The notes below the pieces were generated by a model. The model worked only from the letters and a program-made list of their open reading frames with translations, ran no database searches and was not told the DNA's origin. DNA of 64,000 nt from an uncultured Mariniphaga sp. (GTDB taxonomy: Bacteria; Bacteroidota; Bacteroidia; Bacteroidales; Prolixibacteraceae): assembly GCA_964540165.1 (NCBI GenBank), contig CAZILU010000002.1:1790-65789 (forward strand). The letters run 5' to 3'. Both the position numbers and the translations under genes were made by a program. This document shows positions 29,343 to 39,066 of this stretch, one piece after another (the first letter of the stretch is position 1; every line of letters begins with the position of its first letter).

Positions 29343-30254
29343 TTATGAAAAATGCTTTACCGAAAGATGGTTCGTTCGTTTGGTGCCCGGTGTGTGGAAG
29401 TGACGGAAATAGTCCGTGGGTGTTAATCCGGTGTATTTTTTAAAGGCCCGGTTGAAATTTGATATGTTGTTAAATCCACATTCAAAACAGATTTGCGATA
29501 CATTCAGCTGTCCCTCTAAGATCAATTTGCAGGCATAACTGATCCGCATATCGTTCAGGTAAGCGGATAATGTTTTGCCGGTTTTTTCCCTGAAATAGCG
29601 ACAAAAAGCCGAGGGGTGGAGGTGAGCAATCTCCGATACCGTCTCCAGGTCAATCCGCCGTTGGTAGTTGGTGGTCAAATAGTGCAGAACCTTTGTCAAC
29701 CGAACATCGGCTAAGTGCTCCTGGTTTTTCTGATAGAGCTCACCGGCTAACAGCCGGTACTGATCTGTCTGTGCCAGTTCGTGCAGAAGCTGCAGCAGCC
29801 TGACAATCCGTTCAAAACCGGAGCTTTTTGCCATTCGTATGATTTGGTTATGCACCTTCCGGGCAAAGGGCTTAAAAAAACGAATGCCCTGGGATGATCG
29901 TAGAAATAACTCTTGAAGTATATGAAATTCAGGATATTGGAAAAGAGAGTCGTTGAAAAGATCGCCCGGAAACTGAATGACGATATAGTGCATTTTTCCG
30001 AAAGCACTATTGGTATGGTATTTTGGATCACTGCGCCAGAAGTGGGGCAGATTGCTCCCCATCATCGTCAGGTCGCCGGGACCAAATGCCTCAATATGAT
30101 CGGCAACAAAGCTGTTACCACTCCCTTCCATAATGTAGAGAATCTCAATCTCCCGGTGGAAATGCCAGGGGTAGGTGAAAAAGGGCATCTTGCGCCATTT
30201 TACCTTTACCGCGGTATGCAATGGAAAATCGATCTGCTCCTGCATCACTTTCAT
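29343..30254 (-). CDS. AraC family transcriptional regulator (cupin + HTH)
   Basis: WHFHREIEI; AFCRYFREK; ICFECGFNNISNFNRAF. Confidence 0.95.
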   Translation of the reverse strand: MKVMQEQIDFPLHTAVKVKWRKMPFFTYPWHFHREIEILYIMEGSGNSFVADHIEAFGPGDLTMMGSNLPHFWRSDPKYHTNSAFGKMHYIVIQFPGDLFNDSLFQYPEFHILQELFLRSSQGIRFFKPFARKVHNQIIRMAKSSGFERIVRLLQLLHELAQTDQYRLLAGELYQKNQEHLADVRLTKVLHYLTTNYQRRIDLETVSEIAHLHPSAFCRYFREKTGKTLSAYLNDMRISYACKLILEGQLNVSQICFECGFNNISNFNRAFKKYTGLTPTDYFRHFHTPGTKRTNHLSVKHFS

Positions 30255-30332
30255 TGGAATCTCCTCTCAATTTTTTCTAACGTAGTTATCCCTTTTTTTT
30301 GTAAAGATTATAAAATAATTTATTTTCCTGTG

Positions 30333-30367
30333 TAATATTGCAAAGTTTCTACCATGTATTGCAAAAA
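30333..30367 (+). promoter_or_regulatory. Candidate AraC operator, direct repeat with 21-bp period
   Basis: TATTGCAAA at 30336 and 30357 between the divergent araC and the operon. Confidence 0.55.
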
Positions 30368-30396
30368 TAGTATTGAGTTGAATTGGCCGGATTTTA

Positions 30397-30404
30397 TAAT
30401 TTTG
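30397..30404 (+). promoter_or_regulatory. Bacteroidota sigma70 -7 box
   Basis: TAATTTTG (TAnnTTTG) upstream of ATG 30427. Confidence 0.6.
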
Positions 30405-30426
30405 AAATTCTAAAAACAATAAATTA

Positions 30427-31461
30427 ATGACAGGGAATCAGTGGCAAAATCTTTTGGACACCGTGCGCGGCAAGAGACCTGAACAGCCGGTTACAGGCTT
30501 TATTATTGACAGTCCATGGCTGCCCGGCTGGGCCGGAGTGACCACGCTCCAATACTTCGCATCGGAGGAGATCTGGTTTCAGACCAACCGGAAGGCTGTT
30601 GAGGTCTTTCCCGACATCACCTTTCTGCCGGGATTCTGGTCGGAGTTTGGCATGTGTTCCGAGCCGTCGGCTTTTGGCGCCCGGATGATCTGGAGCGAAT
30701 ACAATCTGCCGCATGCCGAGCGAATTATGACCGACATATCGGAAGCAGCCTCCCTGAAGATTCCCAATCCCAAGACGGATGGGTTGCTGCCATTCATTGT
30801 TCAGCGATTAGCCAATTACCGGCAGCCGATGGAGTCGATGGGTCATGAGATAAAATTTGCCGTTGCCCGCGGGCCGCTCAATATTGCCTCATTTCTTCTG
30901 GGAACGACGGAGCTTATGATGGGTTTTATGATGGATCCCGAAATGAGCCATAAGCTGCTGGAGACCATTACCCGTTTTTCGATCGACTGGCTGCAGTGGC
31001 AAAAGGAGATGTTTCCCTCCATTGAGGGGATTCTGGTGTTAGACGATATCGTGGGTTTTGTGGGGGATGAAGAGTGCCGGGCCTACGCAGTTCCATACAT
31101 CAAACGGATCTTTCAGGCCTTCGACTCTCAGCTGAACTTTTTTCATAACGATGCACCCGGGCTGATATCATCGCCCTATCTGAAAGAGATGGGAGTGGAT
31201 CTGTTTAACTTTAGTTTTGAACACTCCATGAAGGAGATCCGTGCCCTGGCAGGGCCGGAGGTTGCCCTCATCGGGAACCTGCCTCCACGTGATGTGCTGG
31301 CAGCGGCTACGCCTCAGGAAGTAAGGGAGGAGACCCGGCGGATGGTAACGGAGTTTGGTGATAAGAACCGGGTTATATGGTCGTGCGGCGGGGGAATGCC
31401 CCCCGGTGTTACTACCGAGAATATCCGGGCTTTTAAAGAGACCATCGACGAGATCTGTTGA
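30427..31461 (+). CDS. UroD/MtaA-fold protein (not HemE)
   Basis: ARGPLNIAS, VLDDIVG, FFHNDA, IGNLPP, WSCGGGMPPG; no RQAGR. Confidence 0.85.
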   Translation: MTGNQWQNLLDTVRGKRPEQPVTGFIIDSPWLPGWAGVTTLQYFASEEIWFQTNRKAVEVFPDITFLPGFWSEFGMCSEPSAFGARMIWSEYNLPHAERIMTDISEAASLKIPNPKTDGLLPFIVQRLANYRQPMESMGHEIKFAVARGPLNIASFLLGTTELMMGFMMDPEMSHKLLETITRFSIDWLQWQKEMFPSIEGILVLDDIVGFVGDEECRAYAVPYIKRIFQAFDSQLNFFHNDAPGLISSPYLKEMGVDLFNFSFEHSMKEIRALAGPEVALIGNLPPRDVLAAATPQEVREETRRMVTEFGDKNRVIWSCGGGMPPGVTTENIRAFKETIDEIC

Positions 31462-31499
31462 TACCTATTACTTTTAATAAACTATTTAAATGAGATATA

Positions 31500-32747
31500 A
31501 TGCATAGAATTATTTTTATCCTGATGATTTTCTTTGTATTCCCCCTTTCGGGGAAGGAGATCCTGCGTTTCTCCTGTTTGGTTGATCAAAACAGGATCGA
31601 TGCTCCGGTTTCAGTCAGCCTCGACGGGATCAACTACAATTCGGATGAGGGAGCGCTGGTTCTTTTCGAAGTGACCGGAGGCGGAGAGGTTCCTGTCCCA
31701 AGTCAACTGGAGCCGGGGCACTCTGCGAAGCTCTGGTTTGTATTGCAGGGGACACAATCAGGGGAAACAAGAAGAGAATATGTACTGCGAATGCAGGAAA
31801 ACCCGGAAGGTGATGCCTCCAAATCACGCCTCGGGATTAAGAAAGCCGCACAGTATCTTCAGCTTATTGATGGCGAACAACCCTTACTGAATTATCAGTT
31901 TGCCACCGTCTATCCTCCGGAAAAAGTGAATCCGCTCTATCAGAAGTCAGGCTTCATACATCCGCTTTGGTCGCCGGGCGGAGAGGTGCTGACCCGCATT
32001 CAGCCACCCGACCATTACCACCATTTTGGCATCTGGGGGCCCTGGACCAAAACACATATCGACGATCGTGAGGTGGACTTCTGGAACCTGGCAAGAGGTA
32101 TGGGAACGGTAGAATTTGGCGGATTTGTCTCTGAAACGGCTGGGCCTCTGTTTGCCGGATTTAAGGTCATTCAGCGACATGTTGATTTTGGAGCCAGGGG
32201 AAAAGATCAGACCGCCATGAATGAACAGCTGGATGTACGGGCCTGGCAGGCCGATGAGAAGATCCGGATCATCGATTATACCACCACGCTGAATACTTCG
32301 CTGGAGAAGGGGATTCTGCTCGATGCCTACCGGTATGGCGGAGGTATCGGGTTCAGAGCGACGGAGAAGTGGCATAAGGATAACTGCTCGGTGCTCACCT
32401 CCGAGGGAAAAGCACGCGCGGAAGCCGATGGCTCTATGGCCCGGTGGTGCCTGGTAGAGGGCGAGTCGGATACCAAAGAGGGACGCTCCGGAATCCTCTT
32501 TCTCAGCCACCCGTCAAACCGTATGCACCCCGAACCCATGCGCGTATGGCCCCTCAATGCCGCCGGTGGCAGAGGTGACCTCTTCTTCGAATTCTGTCCG
32601 ATTCGCCACGAAGCCTGGAAACTCATGCCCGGGAAAGAGTACACGTTAAAATACCGGATGATCGTATTTGATGGAAAGATGGATGCCGAAACGGCAGAAA
32701 AGCACTGGAGAAGTTTTGCGAATGCGCCTCAGATGACCTGTAAGTAA
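31500..32747 (+). CDS. DUF6807 (PmoA-like) secreted protein
   Basis: SGFIHPL, PPDHYHHFGIW, YGGGIGFRA, HPSN...P motifs; signal peptide. Confidence 0.75.
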   Translation: MHRIIFILMIFFVFPLSGKEILRFSCLVDQNRIDAPVSVSLDGINYNSDEGALVLFEVTGGGEVPVPSQLEPGHSAKLWFVLQGTQSGETRREYVLRMQENPEGDASKSRLGIKKAAQYLQLIDGEQPLLNYQFATVYPPEKVNPLYQKSGFIHPLWSPGGEVLTRIQPPDHYHHFGIWGPWTKTHIDDREVDFWNLARGMGTVEFGGFVSETAGPLFAGFKVIQRHVDFGARGKDQTAMNEQLDVRAWQADEKIRIIDYTTTLNTSLEKGILLDAYRYGGGIGFRATEKWHKDNCSVLTSEGKARAEADGSMARWCLVEGESDTKEGRSGILFLSHPSNRMHPEPMRVWPLNAAGGRGDLFFEFCPIRHEAWKLMPGKEYTLKYRMIVFDGKMDAETAEKHWRSFANAPQMTCK

Positions 32748-32780
32748 AGAAACTCAATTTATAAATTAAATCTTTTTCGA

Positions 32781-33674
32781 ATGATAAAGTACATTTCAAT
32801 CTTAATTATTGCGCTTGGCAGCTTTGGAAACTTAACGGCCCAACCGAAAGTGACTGCCGAGCGGGTAGGTGACAAGATCAATTTTCTGGTGAATGGCAAT
32901 CTGTTTACCAGTTATATCCTCTCTGAGCATGAGAAGTACCCCTTCTTTTTTCCTGTAAACGGACCCTCCAAAGCGTCGGTTACCTCATACCGCAATGCCA
33001 ATTATCCGCATCACAGCTCGCTTTTTTTCGGCTGTGATAAGGTTAATGGTGGTAACTACTGGCAGGAGGGATTGGAGCGGGGACGGATTATCCCGGTGCG
33101 GGCCGATATTATTGAGTCGGGAGGAGCCCGGGCGGTTATCGCGAATGAGTGCATCTGGTCCAGGCCCGGAGCTGACTCCCCCGTCAGGGATAAGCGGATC
33201 ATTACGGTGTCTGTTCCTGCTCCCGACCGGTACCAGATCGATTTTGACATAGAGATGGAGATGTTGATGGATGTGACCATCGATAAAACCAACCATTCGC
33301 TCTTCAGCGGCCGGGTAGATCCCGATCTGGCTGTTACCAATGGCGGGACGATGATCAATGCGGAGGGCGAAACCGGAGAGAAGGAGACCTTCGGTAAACG
33401 ATCGGCCTGGATGGATTACTACGGTCAACGAATGGGTAAAACCGAAGGATTAGCAATTCTGCAGCACCCTTCCAATGAGTGGTTTCCGGCACCATGGTTT
33501 ACCCGCGATTATGGTTTTTTCTCCCCAACACCCATGTACTGGCCCGAAAATGAGAAGAATATCCAACTGAAAAAGGGCGATGTTCTGAAGTTACGCTACC
33601 GGGTTCTGGTCCATTCGGGTACGCATGCAGAGGCCAACATTGCCGGAGAATTTGAAAAATATAAATCAGAATAG
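32781..33674 (+). CDS. DUF6807 (PmoA-like) secreted protein
   Basis: YPFFFPV, YPHHSSLFF, NHSLFSGR, WMDYYG, HPSN, WFTRDYG; signal peptide. Confidence 0.8.
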   Translation: MIKYISILIIALGSFGNLTAQPKVTAERVGDKINFLVNGNLFTSYILSEHEKYPFFFPVNGPSKASVTSYRNANYPHHSSLFFGCDKVNGGNYWQEGLERGRIIPVRADIIESGGARAVIANECIWSRPGADSPVRDKRIITVSVPAPDRYQIDFDIEMEMLMDVTIDKTNHSLFSGRVDPDLAVTNGGTMINAEGETGEKETFGKRSAWMDYYGQRMGKTEGLAILQHPSNEWFPAPWFTRDYGFFSPTPMYWPENEKNIQLKKGDVLKLRYRVLVHSGTHAEANIAGEFEKYKSE

Positions 33675-33681
33675 AGTAATT

Positions 33682-35046
33682 ATGGAAAGAAGAAATTTTA
33701 TCAGGAAAGCAGCCGCAACAGCTGCCGGAGCCATCGTGGTTCCTGTCATTGTTCCCTCAACGGTTTTCGGGAAGAGTGCGCCCAGTAACAAGATCAACAT
33801 CGGCCAGATTGGCTGTGGACGAATTGCCCGGGGACATGACATGCCCGGAGTTTTGAGATACGATATAGCCCGGTATGTAGCGGTTTCCGATTTGGACAGC
33901 AAGCGGATGGAAGACGGCAAGCGGCTGGTGGAGGAGTACTATAAAAAGAAGGGCAGCGCTGCTGATGTCCGGATGTACAGCGACTATAAGGAGATGCTTT
34001 TGAATAAGGATATCGATGCGGTGGTAATCAGCACACCCGACCACTGGCATGCCCAACCGGCCATGGAGGCAGCGTTAGCCGGAAAGGATATCTATATGCA
34101 GAAGCCTAACTCACTCACCGTTACCGAGGGGCGGATGATGAGTGATACGGTTCATAAAACGGGAGTGATCCTTCAGGTGGGCACACAGCAACGCTCTTCT
34201 GCTCAGTTTCGCCGGGCTGCTGAACTGGTGCGCAATGGCCGGATTGGCAAACTGCACACTGTGAAGATTGGTTTGCCGGGCGATCCGTCGGGCCCCGATT
34301 TCTCCGAAATGCCGGTGCCAGATAATCTGGATTTTAAGATGTGGTTAGGGCCAACACCCGACGTTCCCTACACCGAAAACCTGGTTCACCCGCAAAACGG
34401 GTATGGCCGGCCGGGATGGTTGCGCCACGAAAACTACGGAGCAGGAATGATCACCGGGTGGGGACAGCACCATTACGACTCTGCTGCCTGGGGTATGGAT
34501 ACCGAACATACCGGTCCCATCTCCGTGGAGGCGATTGCCGAATTTCCCAAATCGGGAAGCTGGAATGTGCATGGCGATTTCATGGTGAAGCATGAGTATG
34601 AAAGCGGCATCACCGTATTAACCAGCGGTGGTTTTCCCAACGGCATCCGCTACGAGGGAACCGATGGCTGGATCTTTGTCACCCGCGGTGCCTATCGGGC
34701 AACCGAAAGTGATCCGATACCGGAAGGAAGTACCAAAGCTCTTGATGCCAGCAGTAAGGAGATTTTAAATTCAAAAATCGGAGAGAACGAGATCAATCTT
34801 TATGTAAGCGAAGAGCAACATGGAAACTGGCTCGATTGTATCCAGTCGCGAAAACAGCCGATCTCACCGGTCGAAATTGGTCACCGTGCCTGTTCCGTTT
34901 GCCTGATCAGCCATATTGCCATGAAAATTCCCGGCCGCTTGAGATGGGATCCGAAACGGGAACGTTTTATCGATAATGATCTGGCGAATGCTATGCTGAG
35001 CCGTCCACAGCGCTATCCCTACGGTACCAATTACGTAAAACTGTAG
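33682..35046 (+). CDS. Gfo/Idh/MocA oxidoreductase with Tat signal
   Basis: MERRNFI; IGCGRIA; ISTPDHWH; MQKP; GWGQHHYD. Confidence 0.93.
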   Translation: MERRNFIRKAAATAAGAIVVPVIVPSTVFGKSAPSNKINIGQIGCGRIARGHDMPGVLRYDIARYVAVSDLDSKRMEDGKRLVEEYYKKKGSAADVRMYSDYKEMLLNKDIDAVVISTPDHWHAQPAMEAALAGKDIYMQKPNSLTVTEGRMMSDTVHKTGVILQVGTQQRSSAQFRRAAELVRNGRIGKLHTVKIGLPGDPSGPDFSEMPVPDNLDFKMWLGPTPDVPYTENLVHPQNGYGRPGWLRHENYGAGMITGWGQHHYDSAAWGMDTEHTGPISVEAIAEFPKSGSWNVHGDFMVKHEYESGITVLTSGGFPNGIRYEGTDGWIFVTRGAYRATESDPIPEGSTKALDASSKEILNSKIGENEINLYVSEEQHGNWLDCIQSRKQPISPVEIGHRACSVCLISHIAMKIPGRLRWDPKRERFIDNDLANAMLSRPQRYPYGTNYVKL

Positions 35047-35063
35047 TAAAATCTGACTTCAAT

Positions 35064-35087
35064 GACAGGCACCGATTGGTGCCTGTC
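35064..35087. terminator. Hairpin after the Gfo/Idh/MocA gene (terminator or processing site)
   Basis: GACAGGCACC-GATT-GGTGCCTGTC, 10-bp stem, no U-tract. Confidence 0.45.
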
Positions 35088-35215
35088 TGCTTATGCGCGT
35101 GGTTTAAAAAGTTCGCTGACAAGGCTCGTGAAGTCCGAAAAATGTACGATGCAATAGGTTAAAAACGGATAAAAATTATAATTTTGCCTGTTTTACGGGA
35201 AATCTATAAATTTTT

Positions 35216-36631
35216 ATGATAATGAAGCGAATATTTGTTTATTCACTGGCTTTTACAACGTTGTTGTCGGCATGTACCGGCAGTGGCAAGAAAGCTGAAA
35301 CTCAAGAGACCAAAAGTATGTTTACAGGAGCTAAAGGAGAAGTGAAACTGATGACCATCGATCCGGGCCATTTTCATGCCGCTCTGGTTCAGAAATCGAT
35401 GTATGAGCAGGTTGATCCAACGGTGTATGTCTATGCACCCGATGGTCCCGATGTTGAAGGACATCTCAATCTGGTGGGAAGTTATAACAGTCGTGCGGAG
35501 AGCCCTACTTCTTGGGAAACAGTCCTCTACAAGGGGCCGGACTTCCTTCAAAAGATGATTTCGGAAAAACCCGGAAACGTGATGATTACCGCAGGGAATA
35601 ATGCCAAAAAAATCGATTATATTCTTGAGGCGGTAAAGGCGGGGGTAAATGTATTGGCCGATAAACCTTTAATTATTGCTCCCGAACAGTTTCAAAAACT
35701 GGAAGAGGCCTTTACGCTGGCCGATCAGAACGGTGTGTTGCTTTACGACATCATGACCGAGCGTTATGAGATTACCACCATTCTGCAACGGGAGTTGTCA
35801 AAAATTCCTGAAGTTTTTGGAACCCTGCAAAACGGAACCGCCGAAGAACCGGCCGTTACCAAGGAGAGTATTCACCATTTCTTTAAGTATGTTTCGGGAA
35901 ATCCGCTGAAAAGACCGGCCTGGTTTTTCGATGTGAAGCAACAGGGCGAGGGAATCGCCGACGTTACAACGAACCTGATCGATATGATTCAGTGGGAGGC
36001 GTTTCCTGAAGTGACGCTGAAAAAGGAGGATGTGGAGATTGTATCAGCCAGCCGATGGGCCACGGATCTTACTCCCGAACTGTTTAAAAAGGTAACCCAG
36101 TTAGACAGCTATCCTGATTATCTGAAGAAAGATCTGGATGGGGATGTGCTGAAGGTTTATAGCAACGGGGAGATCAATTATAAACTGAAGGGCGTTCATG
36201 CTAAAGTTTCGGTGATCTGGAACTTCGAAGCACCTGAAGGAACCGGTGATACCCACTACTCCATTATGCGTGGTTCACAGGCGAACCTGATTATCAAGCA
36301 AGGGGAAGTCGAAGGTTACAAGCCAATTCTCTATGTAGAGGCATTGTCTGATGAGGGACTGGAGACATTTGCCGGCGGACTTGACAAAGCCATCAAACAG
36401 GATCTGAATGTGATGTACCCGGGACTGGGGCTTACTAAGGTTGATGCGAAGGTGTGGAGAGTGGATATTCCCGATGCTTATAAGGTAGGCCATGAAGCAC
36501 ACTTTGGACAGGTTACCGAAAAATACCTGCAGTACTTGACCTTAGGGCGCATGCCCGACTGGGAAGTTCCCAACATGATTGTTAAGTATTACACCATTAC
36601 CGAAGGAATCAAGGCTGCTCAGAACCAGTAG
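35216..36631 (+). CDS. Gfo/Idh/MocA-like lipoprotein with 'putative oxidoreductase C-terminal' domain
   Basis: LSAC lipobox; DPGHFHAALVQK, VLADKP, DIMTERYE, GHEAHF; own TAATTTTG box at 35179. Confidence 0.75.
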   Translation: MIMKRIFVYSLAFTTLLSACTGSGKKAETQETKSMFTGAKGEVKLMTIDPGHFHAALVQKSMYEQVDPTVYVYAPDGPDVEGHLNLVGSYNSRAESPTSWETVLYKGPDFLQKMISEKPGNVMITAGNNAKKIDYILEAVKAGVNVLADKPLIIAPEQFQKLEEAFTLADQNGVLLYDIMTERYEITTILQRELSKIPEVFGTLQNGTAEEPAVTKESIHHFFKYVSGNPLKRPAWFFDVKQQGEGIADVTTNLIDMIQWEAFPEVTLKKEDVEIVSASRWATDLTPELFKKVTQLDSYPDYLKKDLDGDVLKVYSNGEINYKLKGVHAKVSVIWNFEAPEGTGDTHYSIMRGSQANLIIKQGEVEGYKPILYVEALSDEGLETFAGGLDKAIKQDLNVMYPGLGLTKVDAKVWRVDIPDAYKVGHEAHFGQVTEKYLQYLTLGRMPDWEVPNMIVKYYTITEGIKAAQNQ

Positions 36632-36645
36632 TCCTTCTGAATAAG

Positions 36646-36681
36646 AAAAAAAAAGCTGCCGGATTCCGGCAGCTTTTTTTT
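36646..36681. terminator. Bidirectional intrinsic terminator
   Basis: A-run, AAGCTGCCGGA/TCCGGCAGCTT stem, T-run between convergent genes. Confidence 0.85.
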
Positions 36682-37318
36682 ATCTCTTACGAATGATGGT
36701 GAGGCCATCCCTAAACGGAAGAATTATTTTTTCTACCCGGGTATCGGCCCTGATCAGGCTGTTGAACGCCACTATTCCCCTGGTCTGTTCATCGTTGTCA
36801 GGCGGTGATGTGATCACCTTCCCTCCCCACAGCGTATTGTCGGCCAGGATGTACCCTCCGGGGCGCACCTTGTCAAAAATCAGATGGTAGCAGGCGCTGT
36901 ACTCCCGTTTATCGGCATCGATAAAGACCAGATCAAACGTCTCATCCAACGTTGGGATCACCTCCAATGCCCTGCCGGTAAGCGGAATAATCGCATCCTG
37001 TAGTCCGGCAAGCCGGAAGTAGCGGTTTGAAATCAACGCCAGTTCATCGTTCCTCTCAATGGTGATCAGCTTCCCACCCGGTTGCAGTCCTCTGGCCAGG
37101 CAGATGGCGGAATACCCGGTGAAGGTACCCAGTTCCAAAATCCGCTTCGGCATGATCATCTGTGAGAGCATGGCTAACAGGTGCCCCTGGATATGCCCGG
37201 AGATCATCTGTCCGCCGAATACATTCAGATGGGTCTCCCGGTCTAACTGCTGTAAAAGATCCTCCTCCGGATCGATGTGTTCAATAATGTACCGTTCGAT
37301 ATCCCGCTTTCGTGTCAT
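36680..37318 (-). CDS. SAM-dependent O-methyltransferase (caffeoyl-CoA OMT/TrmR-like)
   Basis: ILELGTFTGYS, FDLVFIDADK, ILADNTLW. Confidence 0.92.
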   Translation of the reverse strand: MTRKRDIERYIIEHIDPEEDLLQQLDRETHLNVFGGQMISGHIQGHLLAMLSQMIMPKRILELGTFTGYSAICLARGLQPGGKLITIERNDELALISNRYFRLAGLQDAIIPLTGRALEVIPTLDETFDLVFIDADKREYSACYHLIFDKVRPGGYILADNTLWGGKVITSPPDNDEQTRGIVAFNSLIRADTRVEKIILPFRDGLTIIRKR

Positions 37319-37441
37319 TGTTTGTCATTTTTACATTTACGACTCTTTACTTCGTTGATGTACCTTTGGGAAGTGAAGAGGAGTACGCCTGGTTTGTTCG
37401 CTTTCCGAATACGATCTTCCCGCCTGCGCATTGCTCTTTGG

Positions 37442-38671
37442 TCACCGGTACACCAGCCGGCTCATCCGGTTGTCGTCTAAGATTTCATTGGCAACCACCA
37501 GCAGATCTTCGGGGGTTATCGCCTCAATCTTTTTGAAGATGGTACGGACTGTGTCTACCCGGTCAAAAAGCATGTAACTTTTACCGATGGTGAGCATCAG
37601 ATCTTCGTGGTTTTCGGTTGAGATGGCGATCTGGCCCATCAACTGTTTTTGTGCTTTACTGAACTGCATTACGCCCAGTCTCTTCTCACGCAGCAGCTTA
37701 AACTCTTTCAAGACCAGATCGGTTGCCTTCTCCAGATTTTCATGGTCGGTTCCGAAATAGACGCTGAACAGGCCGGTATCGGTATAGGAAGTGTAGCCCG
37801 ACTCAATGTTGTAAGCCATTCCTTTCCGTTCGCGAAGGGCCATATTCAGCCGTGAATTCATCGCCTGGCCCCCAACGATATTGTTAAGCAGAACCATGGC
37901 AATCCGGCGCGGATGATGCACGTCGTAGGCTATATTTCCCAACATGCAGTGCGACTGAAACGTGTTTTTTTTAACCGTCCGGTTTTGGGGAGCATAGGTT
38001 TCAAAACGTTGCCTGCCGTTGAGCCGTAATCTCGACTCCGCCTGACCGAAGTGCTTTTCGATCATTTTTACCAGTTGAGGGAATTCAATTTTCCCTACCG
38101 AGGATATGATCATCTGGTCGGTGTGGTAGTTGTTTTCAACAAAACGCAGGATCGACTCCCGGTTAAATGCGTTCAGGTTTGAAGGGGTACCCAAAATGTT
38201 TCTGGCGATCGGGTGGTCGTTGAATACCAGCTCTTCAAATTCGTCGAAGATCAGTTCCGAAGGGGAGTCTTTGTATGAGTTGATCTCCTCCAATACCACC
38301 TCTTTCTCCCGTTTTAGCTCTTTTTCCGGATAGGTGCTGTTAAAAAGAATATCGCTAAGCAGCTCTGATGTGCGCTCATAGAACTCCGTCAGAAAGGTGC
38401 AGTACAGGGTTGTCTCCTCCTTTGTGGTGTATGCGTTTAGCTCCCCGCCGACATCTTCGATGCGGCTCAGGACATGAAATGCCCGCCGGTTTTTGGTTCC
38501 CTTAAATACGGAGTGCTCAATGAAGTGGGCTAACCCATGCTCCTCCGGCTGCTCATCGCGCGATCCGGTGTTGATGAGAATTCCCAGGTGGCCCACCGGT
38601 GAATCGGTGGGTTTGTGGATGAGCCTGATCCCATTGGATAAAATATGTGTTAAAAAATTTGTTTCAACCAT
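37442..38671 (-). CDS. M16 family metallopeptidase
   Basis: HFIEH (HxxEH), GGELNAYTTKE, SRL...LRERKGMAY. Confidence 0.95.
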   Translation of the reverse strand: MVETNFLTHILSNGIRLIHKPTDSPVGHLGILINTGSRDEQPEEHGLAHFIEHSVFKGTKNRRAFHVLSRIEDVGGELNAYTTKEETTLYCTFLTEFYERTSELLSDILFNSTYPEKELKREKEVVLEEINSYKDSPSELIFDEFEELVFNDHPIARNILGTPSNLNAFNRESILRFVENNYHTDQMIISSVGKIEFPQLVKMIEKHFGQAESRLRLNGRQRFETYAPQNRTVKKNTFQSHCMLGNIAYDVHHPRRIAMVLLNNIVGGQAMNSRLNMALRERKGMAYNIESGYTSYTDTGLFSVYFGTDHENLEKATDLVLKEFKLLREKRLGVMQFSKAQKQLMGQIAISTENHEDLMLTIGKSYMLFDRVDTVRTIFKKIEAITPEDLLVVANEILDDNRMSRLVYR

Positions 38672-38690
38672 TGAATAATCGATAAGCCTG

Positions 38691-38698
38691 CAAAATTA
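38691..38698 (-). promoter_or_regulatory. -7 box for the M16 peptidase gene
   Basis: Reverse complement TAATTTTG about 20 bp upstream of the ATG. Confidence 0.55.
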
Positions 38699-38824
38699 TA
38701 AAAATTAGCTGCATAGCCATCGGATCACCCGCTTCATTATCACATCTGATGGATCTCCTCCGCCAGGAGTATCTGAACCGAATGTTTCAGCGGTGTAAAA
38801 GTGTGATAAATGATTCATTTTTTC

Positions 38825-38854
38825 TTTGTGAAATAAAAAAAAAGTGTACTTTTG
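38825..38854 (+). promoter_or_regulatory. Promoter for tRNA-Phe (-33 TTTG, -7 TACTTTTG)
   Basis: TTTG at 38825 and TACTTTTG at 38847. Confidence 0.65.
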
Positions 38855-38919
38855 CATCACCCAAAACGGGATGCTTTGCTGCAAGGCTTACAAAGAGTAA
38901 AAGCAGGATCGATACAGAG

Positions 38920-38992
<73 letters not shown>

Positions 38993-39004
38993 CAGCAAAA
39001 AAAG

Positions 39005-39030
39005 AGAGTTACGAGAGTAACTCTTTTTTT
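39005..39030. terminator. Intrinsic terminator, probably bidirectional
   Basis: AGAGTTAC-GAGA-GTAACTCT flanked by A- and T-runs. Confidence 0.8.
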
Positions 39031-39066
39031 GTTTTAATCAGTAATCTGTGTTTATTTCTTTGACAA

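Noticed and set aside
31500-33674. Methane monooxygenase PmoA
   Set aside because: These are soluble secreted proteins without the transmembrane helices of true PmoA; no pmoB or pmoC; the family name is a known misnomer.
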